Part shown: positions 30,586 through 39,229 of the stretch, in pieces
Position numbering within the stretch: position 1 is the stretch's first letter
Layout of the letters: every line of letters begins with the position of its first letter
Assembly (NCBI GenBank): GCA_041584475.1
Contig: JBFHDX010000005.1
Coordinates: 1,932-65,931 of the forward strand
Length of the DNA: 64,000 nucleotides
Direction: 5' to 3'
Source: Alphaproteobacteria bacterium
GTDB taxonomy: Bacteria > Pseudomonadota > Alphaproteobacteria > UBA8366 > JADFVY01
The notes under the pieces: generated by a model
What the model saw: the letters and a program-made list of their open reading frames with translations, nothing else
Databases searched by the model: none
Told to the model about the DNA's origin: nothing
Made by a program: the position numbers and the translations under genes

Positions 30586-31140
30586 GTGATGTGGCGTTTG
30601 ATGTTGACCGGTATCGCCGTTATGGCGCTTGCAGCCTGCGGCGACCAGATCGTCCAGGTAACAGGACAGAGGATGACCGGCTCTTACAATGCCGGTGAAT
30701 TCGGCTATGCCGCGGGAGGGCGCGACCTGCGAGTCATCGTTGTCGGCAACCCGTTCGGAGGCGATCAGGCCGCATTCCAGCGTGCGGTGACCGATGCCAT
30801 GCAGGGCCGCAATCATGGTCAGCAGACCAATTTCACTACCAACCCGGGGCCCAGCGCACGCGCCGACTACCGCGTGGTGATGGTATTCAACCCGCCTGGC
30901 AACCTGATCGCCGACAAGATATGCCAGAGCGATCCCGCGTCGGTGCCGACGACGCCCGGCGGGGGAACGGCGGTGACGCTCGTAGGTGTATTCTGTCGCG
31001 CCGATCGCAGCCTCACGCAGGTCCGCGGCGAGGTCGACGCCGCAGCAGGGATCGATGATCCGGTCTTCGCGGCGTTGGTCGGACAATCGACCCAGGCATT
31101 GTTTCCGAGCAAGCGACGTAAGCGCAAGAGCAGGGATTGA
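30586..31140 (+). CDS. Lipoprotein, copy 1 of a tandem three-member family
   Basis: GTG 30586 or ATG 30589. Lipobox ALAAC. Shares GNPFGGDQAAF, AVTDAMQGRN, TNFTT, YRVVM, FNPP, FCR and LVGQ blocks with the two downstream copies. Confidence 0.75.
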   Translation: MMWRLMLTGIAVMALAACGDQIVQVTGQRMTGSYNAGEFGYAAGGRDLRVIVVGNPFGGDQAAFQRAVTDAMQGRNHGQQTNFTTNPGPSARADYRVVMVFNPPGNLIADKICQSDPASVPTTPGGGTAVTLVGVFCRADRSLTQVRGEVDAAAGIDDPVFAALVGQSTQALFPSKRRKRKSRD

Positions 31141-31274
31141 ATCGGCAGAGCAGCCGGCGCGTAGACCGGCTGACCTGGACACAATGGCTGCACGAGGTTG
31201 ATGCCTTGGGATCAAACGGGCAAATAAACCTCGACAGACGGTGAGTTGGCATGGCGACAGGGGGCGAGTGAACC

Positions 31275-31916
31275 ATGCTGCGCAGCGTGCCGATGCTGAC
31301 CTCGATTGCCGCCGTCACGGCCTGTGCGGTCGGTGGTGCCGTCGTATCGACACACGTCGATATGAGCCCGACTTACCGCAGCGCATAATTCCGCTATGCG
31401 GTCGAACGCGGCGAGATGCGCGTGGTGATCGTCGGCAATCCCTTCGGATTGGAGCGAGCCGTTTTCGAGCGGGCGGTGACCGATGCGATGCAGGGCCGCA
31501 ATCTCGGTCAGCCGACCAACTTCATCACGACACCCGATTCGAGCGCGCACAAGAACTACCGGGTGGTGATGATCTTCAACCCGCCGACCGACCTGACGGG
31601 CACCCAGGCGTGTCAGCCCGATCCCCCTGTCGTGTCCCCACGAGCAACCGGCGGCGGAAGGCTGGACGTGTTCGCCGTGTTCTGCCACACCACCGAGGTG
31701 ATGACGCAGCTTGCGGCCGCCGTACCGGCTGCGGCGGGCCCCAATGACCCGATGTTCGTCGAACTGGTCGGTCAGACCACCCGCGCCTTGTTCGCGCAAA
31801 GGAGTCGATCCGCCACCGCAGCAAGTAACAGGTTGCATGCTGCGCCCGGCAAATCCGGTTCCCGCGATAACGAAATCGTGCCCGAGGGGACCTTCGTCGC
31901 GTCGCGGGACAATTGA
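31275..31916 (+). pseudogene. Lipoprotein family copy 2, interrupted by an in-frame TAA (31386..31388)
   Basis: ATG 31275 encodes MLRSVPMLTSIAAVTACAV... (lipobox), then TAA where the paralogs have Glu (YGAGEFSYA compared with YRSA*FRYA). The same frame continues into ORF 31416..31916. Only a signal-less fragment could be made from ATG 31416. Confidence 0.7.
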
Positions 31917-31977
31917 CCGGCGGCCTTGGCGAAACGTATTCTCTGCAACCGACCCAGAGTAAGGGAGCTGAGTATCG

Positions 31978-32559
31978 GTGCTGCAACACACGAGCCTGAA
32001 GTCGGTTTCCTTGGCCGCGCTGCTGATGCTTGCCGCCTGCGCTCCCGGTAACGTAAGTCTGTCACACGTGCACGTCGACGGGGTCTACGGGGCGGGCGAA
32101 TTCTCATATGCTGGGGCAGGACGTGATCTGCGCGTCGACGTCGCAGGCAACCCTTTCGGCGGCGATCAGGCCGCTTTCGGGCGGAAGGTCACGGATTCCA
32201 TGCAGGGCCGCCACTGGGGACCGCGGACCAACTTCACTACCACGCCGGGTCCAGATGCGAGAGACGCCTATCGCGTGGTGATGCTGTTCGAGCCGCCGGG
32301 ATCCCTCAACGGGGCAGGATTGTGCGAGATTGCGCCGTCGGCGCTGCCAACGGAGCCCGGGCAGGATGGTCTTTCGCTGTTCGGGGCGTTCTGTCGCGGC
32401 GACAAGGTGATGACCAGGATCAAGGGGCGGGTCTCCGGAGCAGCGGGACCCGACGATCCGGTCCTCAGGGAACTTGTCGGGCAGGTCACGACCGGCCTCT
32501 TCCCGCCCGAACGAAGCCGAAACAGGAGCAGCCGCTGCCGGATTCCGCTGAGCTGCTGA
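31978..32559 (+). CDS. Lipoprotein, copy 3 of the tandem family
   Basis: GTG start preceded by AAGGGAG. Lipobox MLAAC. Same conserved blocks as copy 1 (GNPFGGDQAAF, VTDSMQGRH, TNFTTTPGP, YRVVMLFEPP, FCRGD, LVGQVT). Confidence 0.75.
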   Translation: MLQHTSLKSVSLAALLMLAACAPGNVSLSHVHVDGVYGAGEFSYAGAGRDLRVDVAGNPFGGDQAAFGRKVTDSMQGRHWGPRTNFTTTPGPDARDAYRVVMLFEPPGSLNGAGLCEIAPSALPTEPGQDGLSLFGAFCRGDKVMTRIKGRVSGAAGPDDPVLRELVGQVTTGLFPPERSRNRSSRCRIPLSC

Positions 32560-32580
32560 GCAAACGCCGCGGTTTGACAC

Positions 32581-33285
32581 CTAAGGCCTGAGCAGCCAGT
32601 CGCGCATGAGCGCGGTTACAGCGTGCGGCCGCTCCATCGGTGACAGATGACCGCATTCCTCGACGATGCACAGGCGCGCACCAGAAATGCCGCCGGCGAG
32701 CTCCTCGTGCATGGCGACGGGAGTCAGTGCATCCTGGCGACCACACAGAACCATGGTGGGGAGGTCGATATTTACAAGATCCGGCCGGCTGTCGGGCCTT
32801 CCCATGATCGCCGCCTGTTGCCGTAGGAAAGCCGCCTGGCCAACGCGGCCTGCCATCGCCAAGATCGCACGCGCAAGGGGTTCCTCGGCTTGTCGGTCCG
32901 GATGGATCAGCAGAGGCAGCAATCGGGGGGTCACACCCTTGAACCGTCCCCGCCTCGCCAAATCGATGAGACCTCGTCGGCGTGAAGTCTGTTCCGGTGT
33001 GTCCGGCCGCGCCGACGTATCGAGCAAAGCCAGCCGCATGATCCTGTCTGACGCTTGCCGCGCGATCTCGAATGCGACATAGCCGCCCATGGAAAGGCCA
33101 GCAAGTGCAAACCGGTCGGGTGCCGCTTCGAGGAGTCGCGTCGCCATAGCCGCGACACTGTCGTCGCGGGTCAGGTCGGCGATCATGATCTCCGCGATAT
33201 CGTCCAAGAAGTCCGTCTGATGGGCCCAGAGTCCGCCATCACACAACAGGCCGGGCAGCAGCACGAGTGGAACACGCACAGTCAT
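32581..33285 (-). CDS. Alpha/beta hydrolase fold protein
   Basis: 234 aa from MTVRVPLVLLPGLLCD. Nucleophile elbow GLSMGG and C-terminal His context ECGHLSPMERP. Its ATG overlaps the upstream gene stop as ATGA. Confidence 0.8.
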   Translation of the reverse strand: MTVRVPLVLLPGLLCDGGLWAHQTDFLDDIAEIMIADLTRDDSVAAMATRLLEAAPDRFALAGLSMGGYVAFEIARQASDRIMRLALLDTSARPDTPEQTSRRRGLIDLARRGRFKGVTPRLLPLLIHPDRQAEEPLARAILAMAGRVGQAAFLRQQAAIMGRPDSRPDLVNIDLPTMVLCGRQDALTPVAMHEELAGGISGARLCIVEECGHLSPMERPHAVTALMRDWLLRP

Positions 33286-33824
33286 TTGATGGCCGGCAGT
33301 AGATCGCGAAACGCCCCTGTATCCGCGCGCCGCAGCCACTCGAACACGGTCATTTCGCTGGTGACTAGCCGAACGCCCTCGGCCTGCAGGCGCGTTTCGG
33401 CGACGACCTTGCTCGCGGGCCGCCGGCTCGCGGTGGCATCCGCCGCGACGAACACGGAATAGCCGGAGGCACGCAGATCGAGCGCGGTCTGCAGCACGCA
33501 GACATGGGCCTCGAGCCCGGCCAACACGATCTGGCTTCGCGCGAGTTCGTCGATCCGACGCACGAACGACGCCTCGCCGCACGCCGAGAAATGGATCTTC
33601 TCGATCACCGAGGCAGCCGGCAGCTTGCGGCGGACCTCGTCGACCGTCGCGCCGAGCCCGCGTGAATACTGCTCCGTCACCAGAACCGGAATGTCCAACC
33701 GCGTCGCCGCCGCCAGCAGCAGTCGGATATTCTTCAGGACATCGGCCGCCGAATCCATCGCCGGCAGCAGTCGCTCCTGCACATCGACGATCAGCAGCGC
33801 CGATTCTTCCGCATCGATCAGCAT
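33282..33824 (-). CDS. Isochorismatase-family (cysteine) hydrolase
   Basis: 180 aa. ALLIVDVQERL, VTEQY and GLEAHVCVLQTALDL (catalytic Cys context). Confidence 0.82.
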   Translation of the reverse strand: MLIDAEESALLIVDVQERLLPAMDSAADVLKNIRLLLAAATRLDIPVLVTEQYSRGLGATVDEVRRKLPAASVIEKIHFSACGEASFVRRIDELARSQIVLAGLEAHVCVLQTALDLRASGYSVFVAADATASRRPASKVVAETRLQAEGVRLVTSEMTVFEWLRRADTGAFRDLLPAIK

Positions 33825-34017
33825 GAGCGCCCCTGCCGACAGTTCTTGCGCACCATATCGACGGCCCTGCTGCCCGACAATGACGAAGCGGGAATTCGGG
33901 AAGCCGAACTTGTCGGGAACGATTGACAGTGCGCCGCAAGGCCTTATGATCCCCGCTCATTAAAAGTCCTAGAGGATTGCGCCGCCCGATGATGCGGCGG
34001 GAAAAACAGCAGGCGAT

Positions 34018-35421
34018 ATGAGCTTTTCCGAGCTGGGCCTTAGCGACAGCGTCTTGCGCGCCGTTGCCGAATCAGGATACGAGACTCCAACCCCAATCCA
34101 GAAGCAAGCGATCCCGCAGATCCTCATGGGTCGGGACGTTCTCGGCTGTGCGCAGACCGGAACCGGCAAGACTGCATCCTTCACGCTGCCGATGATCGAT
34201 ATTTTGGGTGAAGGGCGCGCCCGCGCGCGGATGCCGAGGTCGCTGATCCTCGAACCGACGCGCGAGCTGGCCGCCCAGGTCGAGAAGAACTTCGAGAACT
34301 ACGGCAAGTACTCGAAGCTCGCCACTGCACTGTTGATCGGCGGTGTATCGTTCGCCGACCAGGAGCGCAAGCTCGACCGCGGCGTCGACGTCCTGATCGC
34401 GACGCCTGGCCGCCTGCTCGATCACTTCGAGCGCGGCAAGGTGCTGCTCAACGACGTCGGATTCCTCGTCATCGACGAAGCTGACCGCATGCTCGACATG
34501 GGATTCATCCCCGACGTCGAGCGCATCGTCGGGTTGATCACCAAGGAGCATCAGACCCTCTTCTTCTCGGCAACCATGCCACCGGAAATCCGACGCCTGG
34601 CCGACCGGTTCCTCAAGCACCCACGCGAGATCAGCGTCACCCCTCCCGCCACCGTCGCCGAGACCGTCGAACAGGCCTTAGTCGTTGTGGCGCAGGCCGA
34701 CAAGCGCGCCGCTCTGCGGGCGCTCCTGCGGACGCAGCCGGTGACCAACGCACTCATCTTCTGTAATCGGAAGCGCGATATCGGCGTTCTGCACCGCTCG
34801 CTGGAGCGACACGGTTTCAGCGTCAGCGCCCTGCATGGCGACATGGAACAGTGGCAACGCATGGAGACGCTGGACAAGTTCAAGAAGAACGAGGTGGCGC
34901 TGCTCGTCTGCTCGGACGTCGCAGCGCGCGGGCTGGATATCGCCGGCGTCAGCCACGTCTTCAATTTCGACGTGCCGAGCCACGCCGAGGACTACGTCCA
35001 CAGGATCGGGCGCACCGGCCGCGCCGGCCGCAGCGGTCATGCATTCACGCTCGCAACGCCCGAAGACAGCAAATACATCGCCGCCATTCGGAAGCTCGTC
35101 GGCACCGATATCGCGCGCATCGACATCGAAGATGTCGCCGGCGCGCAACTCGAGGAGGAGGCCGGCAAGAGCCGGCGTCGCGGCCGAGGAAAGCGCGCGC
35201 GGGATAGCAAGGCCGCCTCACCACGACGCGACGAGAAGAAGAAACCGGAAGCGGTTGCTCGAGGCGACCGCAAGGGCGACGGCGATCGCCGCAAAGGCGG
35301 CAAGGGCCGGTCGCGGCGTGGGCGGCAGGATGTTGGTGACGCGCCGGATTACGGGGATACGCCATTCGGTGAAACCGACCTCGTGCCTGATTTCCTCAAA
35401 CGTCGCGTGAATGTTTCGTAA
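34018..35421 (+). CDS. DEAD-box ATP-dependent RNA helicase (RhlE-like) with basic C-terminal tail
   Basis: Q-motif GYETPTPIQ, AQTGTGKT, PTRELA, DEAD, SAT, HRIGRTGRAG. Arg/Lys-rich tail. Confidence 0.92.
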   Translation: MSFSELGLSDSVLRAVAESGYETPTPIQKQAIPQILMGRDVLGCAQTGTGKTASFTLPMIDILGEGRARARMPRSLILEPTRELAAQVEKNFENYGKYSKLATALLIGGVSFADQERKLDRGVDVLIATPGRLLDHFERGKVLLNDVGFLVIDEADRMLDMGFIPDVERIVGLITKEHQTLFFSATMPPEIRRLADRFLKHPREISVTPPATVAETVEQALVVVAQADKRAALRALLRTQPVTNALIFCNRKRDIGVLHRSLERHGFSVSALHGDMEQWQRMETLDKFKKNEVALLVCSDVAARGLDIAGVSHVFNFDVPSHAEDYVHRIGRTGRAGRSGHAFTLATPEDSKYIAAIRKLVGTDIARIDIEDVAGAQLEEEAGKSRRRGRGKRARDSKAASPRRDEKKKPEAVARGDRKGDGDRRKGGKGRSRRGRQDVGDAPDYGDTPFGETDLVPDFLKRRVNVS

Positions 35422-35450
35422 GTCACGCCTGACGCAGGGGACCGAGAGCG

Positions 35451-35693
35451 ATGCAGACCATTTTCGTGCAGGTCAAATGTGAACTCGGCCAAGCCTACGA
35501 CGTTGCCGATTCCGCCGTCCGCACCGTTGAGGAAGTCTCGGAAGTCTACTCTATCTCAGGACATTACGATCTTCTGATGAAGTGCTATCTGAATGCCGAT
35601 ACGGACATCGGGCATTTCGTTACGGGTCGCCTGCAGACGCTGCCGGGCGTGAAGGACACCTACACTACAATTGCCTTCAAGGCATTCGCCTGA
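35451..35693 (+). CDS. Stand-alone Lrp/AsnC-type ligand-binding (RAM) domain protein
   Basis: 80 aa: IFVQVKCELGQAYDVA...EVYSISGHYDLLMKC...FVTGRLQTLPGVKDTYTTIAFKAF, the typical AsnC_trans_reg fold pattern without an HTH. Confidence 0.7.
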   Translation: MQTIFVQVKCELGQAYDVADSAVRTVEEVSEVYSISGHYDLLMKCYLNADTDIGHFVTGRLQTLPGVKDTYTTIAFKAFA

Positions 35694-35985
35694 CGTTGCC
35701 GATGGGCGATTTGGCAGCCGGCATCGCGAAACGCGGGCCGTACGGCGCGCGCACGGCGAAGGAAATTACCCCGGTGACATGTCTGGACGGTGACGAGTCA
35801 ATATCGTGCAGCGGCGACAGGCCGAATCTGTTTCGCTTTCGTAACGAAACAGTCGGGGCGCGCGAGACAACCGGGAATCCCTGCTGCGGTGCATCGGGGA
35901 TAATGACCGACCACTCGTCGGCTGCCCGCCCCGCCTCGCCCGGCCGCCCGACCTCCGCCGCGTCGCGTGACGGAGAGGATGATCG

Positions 35986-36837
35986 ATGATCGATCTCGAC
36001 CCGCGGCTCAATGCCTACAGATCCGATCTGGCGGACTCCCGACTGCGCGGGCGCGTCGATGCGCCGCGGTTTGTGGATGGCCGTTGCTGCCGCGTCTCGA
36101 CCGGAAGCCTTCCCCTGCGCACCGCACCTTCCGCCAGTTCACCGCTCGCCAGCGAGCTTCTGTTCGGCGAGACGGTGTTGGTATTCGACATCCGCGACGA
36201 ATGGGCCTGGCTGCAGAACGAATTCGACTCTTATGTCGGCTACGGCCCCGTGTCTGGACTTTGCGATACCCTGCCCGATCGGACGCACACAGTCAGGACA
36301 CTCAGGACCTTTCTCTATCCGGAACCCGACCTCAAGACCCCGCCCCTGGAAATCCTCAGTCTCAACGCGTCGCTTGCGGTGACCGGGCAGCGCAACGGCT
36401 TCAGTGAGCTCGCAGGTGGCGGCTGGGTATGGTCGGATCATCTCGCGGCCTTCGGGGAGCACGAGCGAGACTTCGGCGACGTCGCCATGAAGTTCATCGG
36501 CACACCTTATCTCTGGGGCGGACGGACGAGTATCGGGCTCGACTGTTCCGCGCTGGTACAGCTGACGCTTGCCCGCTGCGGCGTGAATGCCCCCAGGGAC
36601 AGCGATATGCAGGCGCAACAGCTCGGTACACCCATCGCGTTCGAGAGTAGCGAGTCTGTTCTGCGCCGCGGCGATCTCGTCTTCTGGCCAGGCCATGTCG
36701 GAATCTGGCTCGAGCCCGGATCGTTCGTTCACGCGAACGCCGGTGACATGTCGGTGGTCGCGGCGCCTTTCGCCCAGGTCGTCGCGCGCATCGGTGATGC
36801 GACCGGCGACGACGTATCGGCGGTGCGCCGGATCTGA
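35986..36837 (+). CDS. NlpC/P60 (C40) peptidase with N-terminal SH3-like region
   Basis: C-terminal block GTPYLWGGRTSIGLDCSALVQ (catalytic Cys) ...GDLVFWPGHVGI...VHAN (His). Confidence 0.82.
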   Translation: MIDLDPRLNAYRSDLADSRLRGRVDAPRFVDGRCCRVSTGSLPLRTAPSASSPLASELLFGETVLVFDIRDEWAWLQNEFDSYVGYGPVSGLCDTLPDRTHTVRTLRTFLYPEPDLKTPPLEILSLNASLAVTGQRNGFSELAGGGWVWSDHLAAFGEHERDFGDVAMKFIGTPYLWGGRTSIGLDCSALVQLTLARCGVNAPRDSDMQAQQLGTPIAFESSESVLRRGDLVFWPGHVGIWLEPGSFVHANAGDMSVVAAPFAQVVARIGDATGDDVSAVRRI

Positions 36838-36839
36838 GT

Positions 36840-37421
36840 TCAATCCGTACAGTCCGGATCGGGCCTCCAGCGAGCGATCATGTCGGCCGCGCGCGACTTC
36901 TCGTCGGCCGTCATGCCGGTTGAGATTGCGGCATTGCGTGCGTTCGCCCAATCGTTTCCGGACTTGCCCGCGAGGCCAAGCCACAACGATGCTTGCACGG
37001 GATCGCGCTCGACCCCAATGCCGCGCGCATAAAAGTCACCGAGGTTCAGCTGGGCGATAACGTGACCGCACCGCGCGGCACGGCGATACCACCACGCCGC
37101 CGTCGCCTGGTTTCTTCGGACGCCGTTCGCTGTGGCGGTATTGCCGACGAGGCCCGAGAAGTAAAGGTCGGCGATCGCGGCCTGCGCGTCGCCGTCGCCC
37201 GATTTCGCGAGCGGGAGCCACTCCTCGTACGCTGCGCCGTAGTCGCCTGCGTCGTATGCGGCAAGGGCGGTTTCGAAATCGGCGCGGGCCGGCGCCGCGC
37301 CGCTGCCCGAGAGTCCGCCAATCAACAGCCATATCGCCGGTAATGCGCGTGCCAACCGGCCGCCGAAAAAGTGAGGGGCGGGCCGGGCAGCTTCCCGCCC
37401 CCCGAGGGAGGCTCCAGTCAA
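36840..37421 (-). CDS. Sel1-repeat (SLR/TPR-like) protein with signal sequence
   Basis: 193 aa. Hydrophobic N-terminus [22 protein letters not shown]. Sel1-type motifs ([49 protein letters not shown]). Its ATG (37419..37421) overlaps the stop of the upstream gene (37418..37420). Confidence 0.8.
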   Translation of the reverse strand: MTGASLGGREAARPAPHFFGGRLARALPAIWLLIGGLSGSGAAPARADFETALAAYDAGDYGAAYEEWLPLAKSGDGDAQAAIADLYFSGLVGNTATANGVRRNQATAAWWYRRAARCGHVIAQLNLGDFYARGIGVERDPVQASLWLGLAGKSGNDWANARNAAISTGMTADEKSRAADMIARWRPDPDCTD

Positions 37422-38569
37422 CGGATCCGATATTCGTCAGGGAGGAACATCATGCTGTCCTGATCCTCCGCGACGCTGGCGTGACACTCGTAGCAGAACC
37501 GCATGCCCGCCGAGTTCCTGCCATTGGTCACGCCGAAAACCGATCCGTTCGGCATTATCATCGTGTATTTCCAGTTGTAGCTGGCGTTGTTGAAGCCGGC
37601 CGGCATCTTCTCCATGATGAAGAGCGGCCCCGGCGATACCCGCCCTCTCGTGTTGACGGCGAAGCTGTCCTTTGCGAGGACAGAGCCTACGGGCATGGCA
37701 CCAGATTTCTCGAATGCACCATAGGCCCGCGCTTTGCCGTTCGCGAAGTTCTGCACGTAGCGCCCGCCATGCGTGGCCGACTGGTAGGCGACGCGGCTGT
37801 AGCGGCGCCAGCCCTGATAGGCGGCGGCGACGGCGTTGCCCGATTTGGTATAGGCCGCCTTCATCGGGCCCGAGACACAGTCATAGGCCTTCGCCGCCTC
37901 CGCCTCGGTCAGTTCAACCGTCGTGCCCGCAGCACACGGGTTGCACGGATTGGCAGCGCACGGATTGCAGGGGTTCGCGGCCGCGCACGGATTGCACGGA
38001 TTCGTCGCCGCACAGGGATTGCACGGGTTCTTGGCCGCGCACGGGTTACAGGGGTTCGCGGCCGCGCACGGATTGCACGGATTCGTCGCCGCACAGGGAT
38101 TGCACGGGTTCTTGGCCGCGCACGGGTTACAGGGATTCCGCATCGCCGTCCGGGCGAGGCGCGGAATCAAGCAGTTGACCGCAGCCGCCGCGCAAGGATT
38201 GGCGGCGCATGGGTTGCACGGACTGGCGGCAACGCTCTTCGGCGCGCACGGGTTGCATGGATTCGTCGCCGCGCAGGGGTTGCAGGGATTCGCTGCGACG
38301 GTCTTGGCCGCACAGGGATTGCACGGGTTCGCGGCCGCGCATGGATTGCACGGGTTCTTCGCAGCGCATGGATTACACGGGTTCTTTGCAGCGCATGGAT
38401 TACACGGGTTCTTTGCAGCGCATGGATTACAGGGTGCGCATGCTGCCAGGGCCTGGCCGGCCACGACGACGGAAGCACCGCTGATCGCGATACCAGCGGC
38501 ACCGGCGCCCAACGCCAGCGCCACCGGGATCACGGTGGAGGCCAGCATCCTTGCCTTAAGGGGATTCAT
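37418..38569 (-). CDS. Secreted fusion protein: about 170-aa CNPC/NPC cysteine-repeat region plus C-terminal cytochrome P460-like haem domain
   Basis: 383 aa. Signal-like N-terminus [26 protein letters not shown]...GQALA. Residues 44..212 are AA[KTA]-NPC-NPC modules (35 Cys by hand count). The C-terminal part has [41 protein letters not shown] and the haem c motif CYECH (37481..37495), which together match my recollection of the P460 family. Confidence 0.8.
   Translation of the reverse strand: MNPLKARMLASTVIPVALALGAGAAGIAISGASVVVAGQALAACAPCNPCAAKNPCNPCAAKNPCNPCAAKNPCNPCAAANPCNPCAAKTVAANPCNPCAATNPCNPCAPKSVAASPCNPCAANPCAAAAVNCLIPRLARTAMRNPCNPCAAKNPCNPCAATNPCNPCAAANPCNPCAAKNPCNPCAATNPCNPCAAANPCNPCAANPCNPCAAGTTVELTEAEAAKAYDCVSGPMKAAYTKSGNAVAAAYQGWRRYSRVAYQSATHGGRYVQNFANGKARAYGAFEKSGAMPVGSVLAKDSFAVNTRGRVSPGPLFIMEKMPAGFNNASYNWKYTMIMPNGSVFGVTNGRNSAGMRFCYECHASVAEDQDSMMFLPDEYRIR
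37934..38440 (-). repeat. In-frame coding array of 9-nt NPC units, mostly as 27-nt AA[K/T/A]-NPC-NPC modules
   Basis: Spans the first Cys codon (aa 44) to the last repeat Cys (aa 212). Two blocks are separated by the unique segment [18 protein letters not shown]. Confidence 0.9.
37971..38132 (-). repeat. Perfect 81-bp tandem duplication inside the repeat array
   Basis: 37971..38051 and 38052..38132 are identical on direct reading (gggttcgcggccgcgcacggattgcacggattcgtcgccgcacagggattgcacgggttcttggccgcgcacgggttacag). Each copy encodes the 27-residue unit [27 protein letters not shown]. Confidence 0.9.
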
Positions 38570-38689
38570 TGAGTCCTCGCTTGATTGCCAGTGATTCGTC
38601 GGCGCCGCGCCGGAGAGCCGAGTCGACGGACGAAGTGCCCGCCGCTTTCTCTCCGGCGCGTGTCGATCAGCCTGTCGTTCCTCGCAAAC

Positions 38690-39010
38690 CTACTTGTTGG
38701 CCGCGCACGGATTGCACGGGTTGCAGGGGTTGCAGGGGTTGCAGGGGTTGACGGCGAGCTTCTTCACCGCGCAGGGGTTGCACGGGTTTGCCGCCGCGCA
38801 CGGATTCTTCGCCGCGCACGGATTACACGGGTTCTTGGCCGCACAGGGATTGCACGGATTTTTCGCCGCGCACGGATTGCTCGGGGCGCATGCAGCGAAT
38901 GCAGGCTTGCTGACGATCGCACCGGACAACGTCGCCGCGGTCATCCCGGCGCCGACGGCAAGTGCCAGCGGAATGACGGTCGAAGCAAGCAATCTTGACT
39001 TGTAAGGCAT
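38690..39010 (-). CDS. Small secreted CNPC/NPC cysteine-repeat protein (106 aa), paralog of the N-terminal half of 37418..38569
   Basis: ATG 39010 preceded by GAGGGAGGA. Signal-like [39 protein letters not shown], then [66 protein letters not shown] (14 Cys). Confidence 0.75.
   Translation of the reverse strand: MPYKSRLLASTVIPLALAVGAGMTAATLSGAIVSKPAFAACAPSNPCAAKNPCNPCAAKNPCNPCAAKNPCAAANPCNPCAVKKLAVNPCNPCNPCNPCNPCAANK
38705..38890 (-). repeat. In-frame NPC repeat array of the small protein, including (NPC)x5
   Basis: Contains 9-nt units. ggggttgca recurs in tandem around 38721..38750. Confidence 0.85.
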
Positions 39011-39229
39011 CTGGGGTCCTCCCTCTTTATGATGTGCCGAAACCGGCATGAACGTCACGCCACGGACCGTCCCGCGGCGGACTGCAGTAGCGGTCAGACG
39101 GTACCGCCCCGCGCGCGGAGATGCGCATCAAGCCTGATAAACCTGTCGTGAGAGAACGTGAAGTTAGGGCACGCGTCCGCGCCGCAGCGCGCCGACGCCG
39201 ACTCGACGGACGGCCGTCGCGGCACCGCT

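Noticed and set aside
32581-33960. 459-aa ORF suggesting a large fusion protein
   Set aside because: Only the C-terminal 234 aa (from ATG 33285) look like a real alpha/beta hydrolase. The N-terminal part is Arg/Gly-rich and overlaps the isochorismatase gene, which has clear motifs in another frame.
35828-35852. 8-bp stem hairpin (ctgtttcg...cgaaacag) between the AsnC-type gene and the NlpC/P60 gene
   Set aside because: It lies 135 nt from the upstream stop and has no U-tract. It could be incidental, and the support for a terminator or regulatory call is not strong enough.
37256-38594. Plus-strand ORFs 37256..38572 (438 aa) and 37923..38594 (223 aa, [14 protein letters not shown] repeats) overlapping the cysteine-repeat gene
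   Set aside because: They are mirror images of the minus-strand NPC repeats. They have no signal peptide, no start context and no recognisable domain. The minus-strand frame runs from a signal peptide, preceded by a purine-rich GCGAGGA stretch that may serve as a ribosome-binding site, into a P460-like domain with CxxCH.
37934-38890. Regularly spaced short repeats that could superficially look like a CRISPR array
   Set aside because: The period is 9/27 nt with no unique spacers. The repeats are in frame within two ORFs and encode NPC modules. There are no cas genes in the window.
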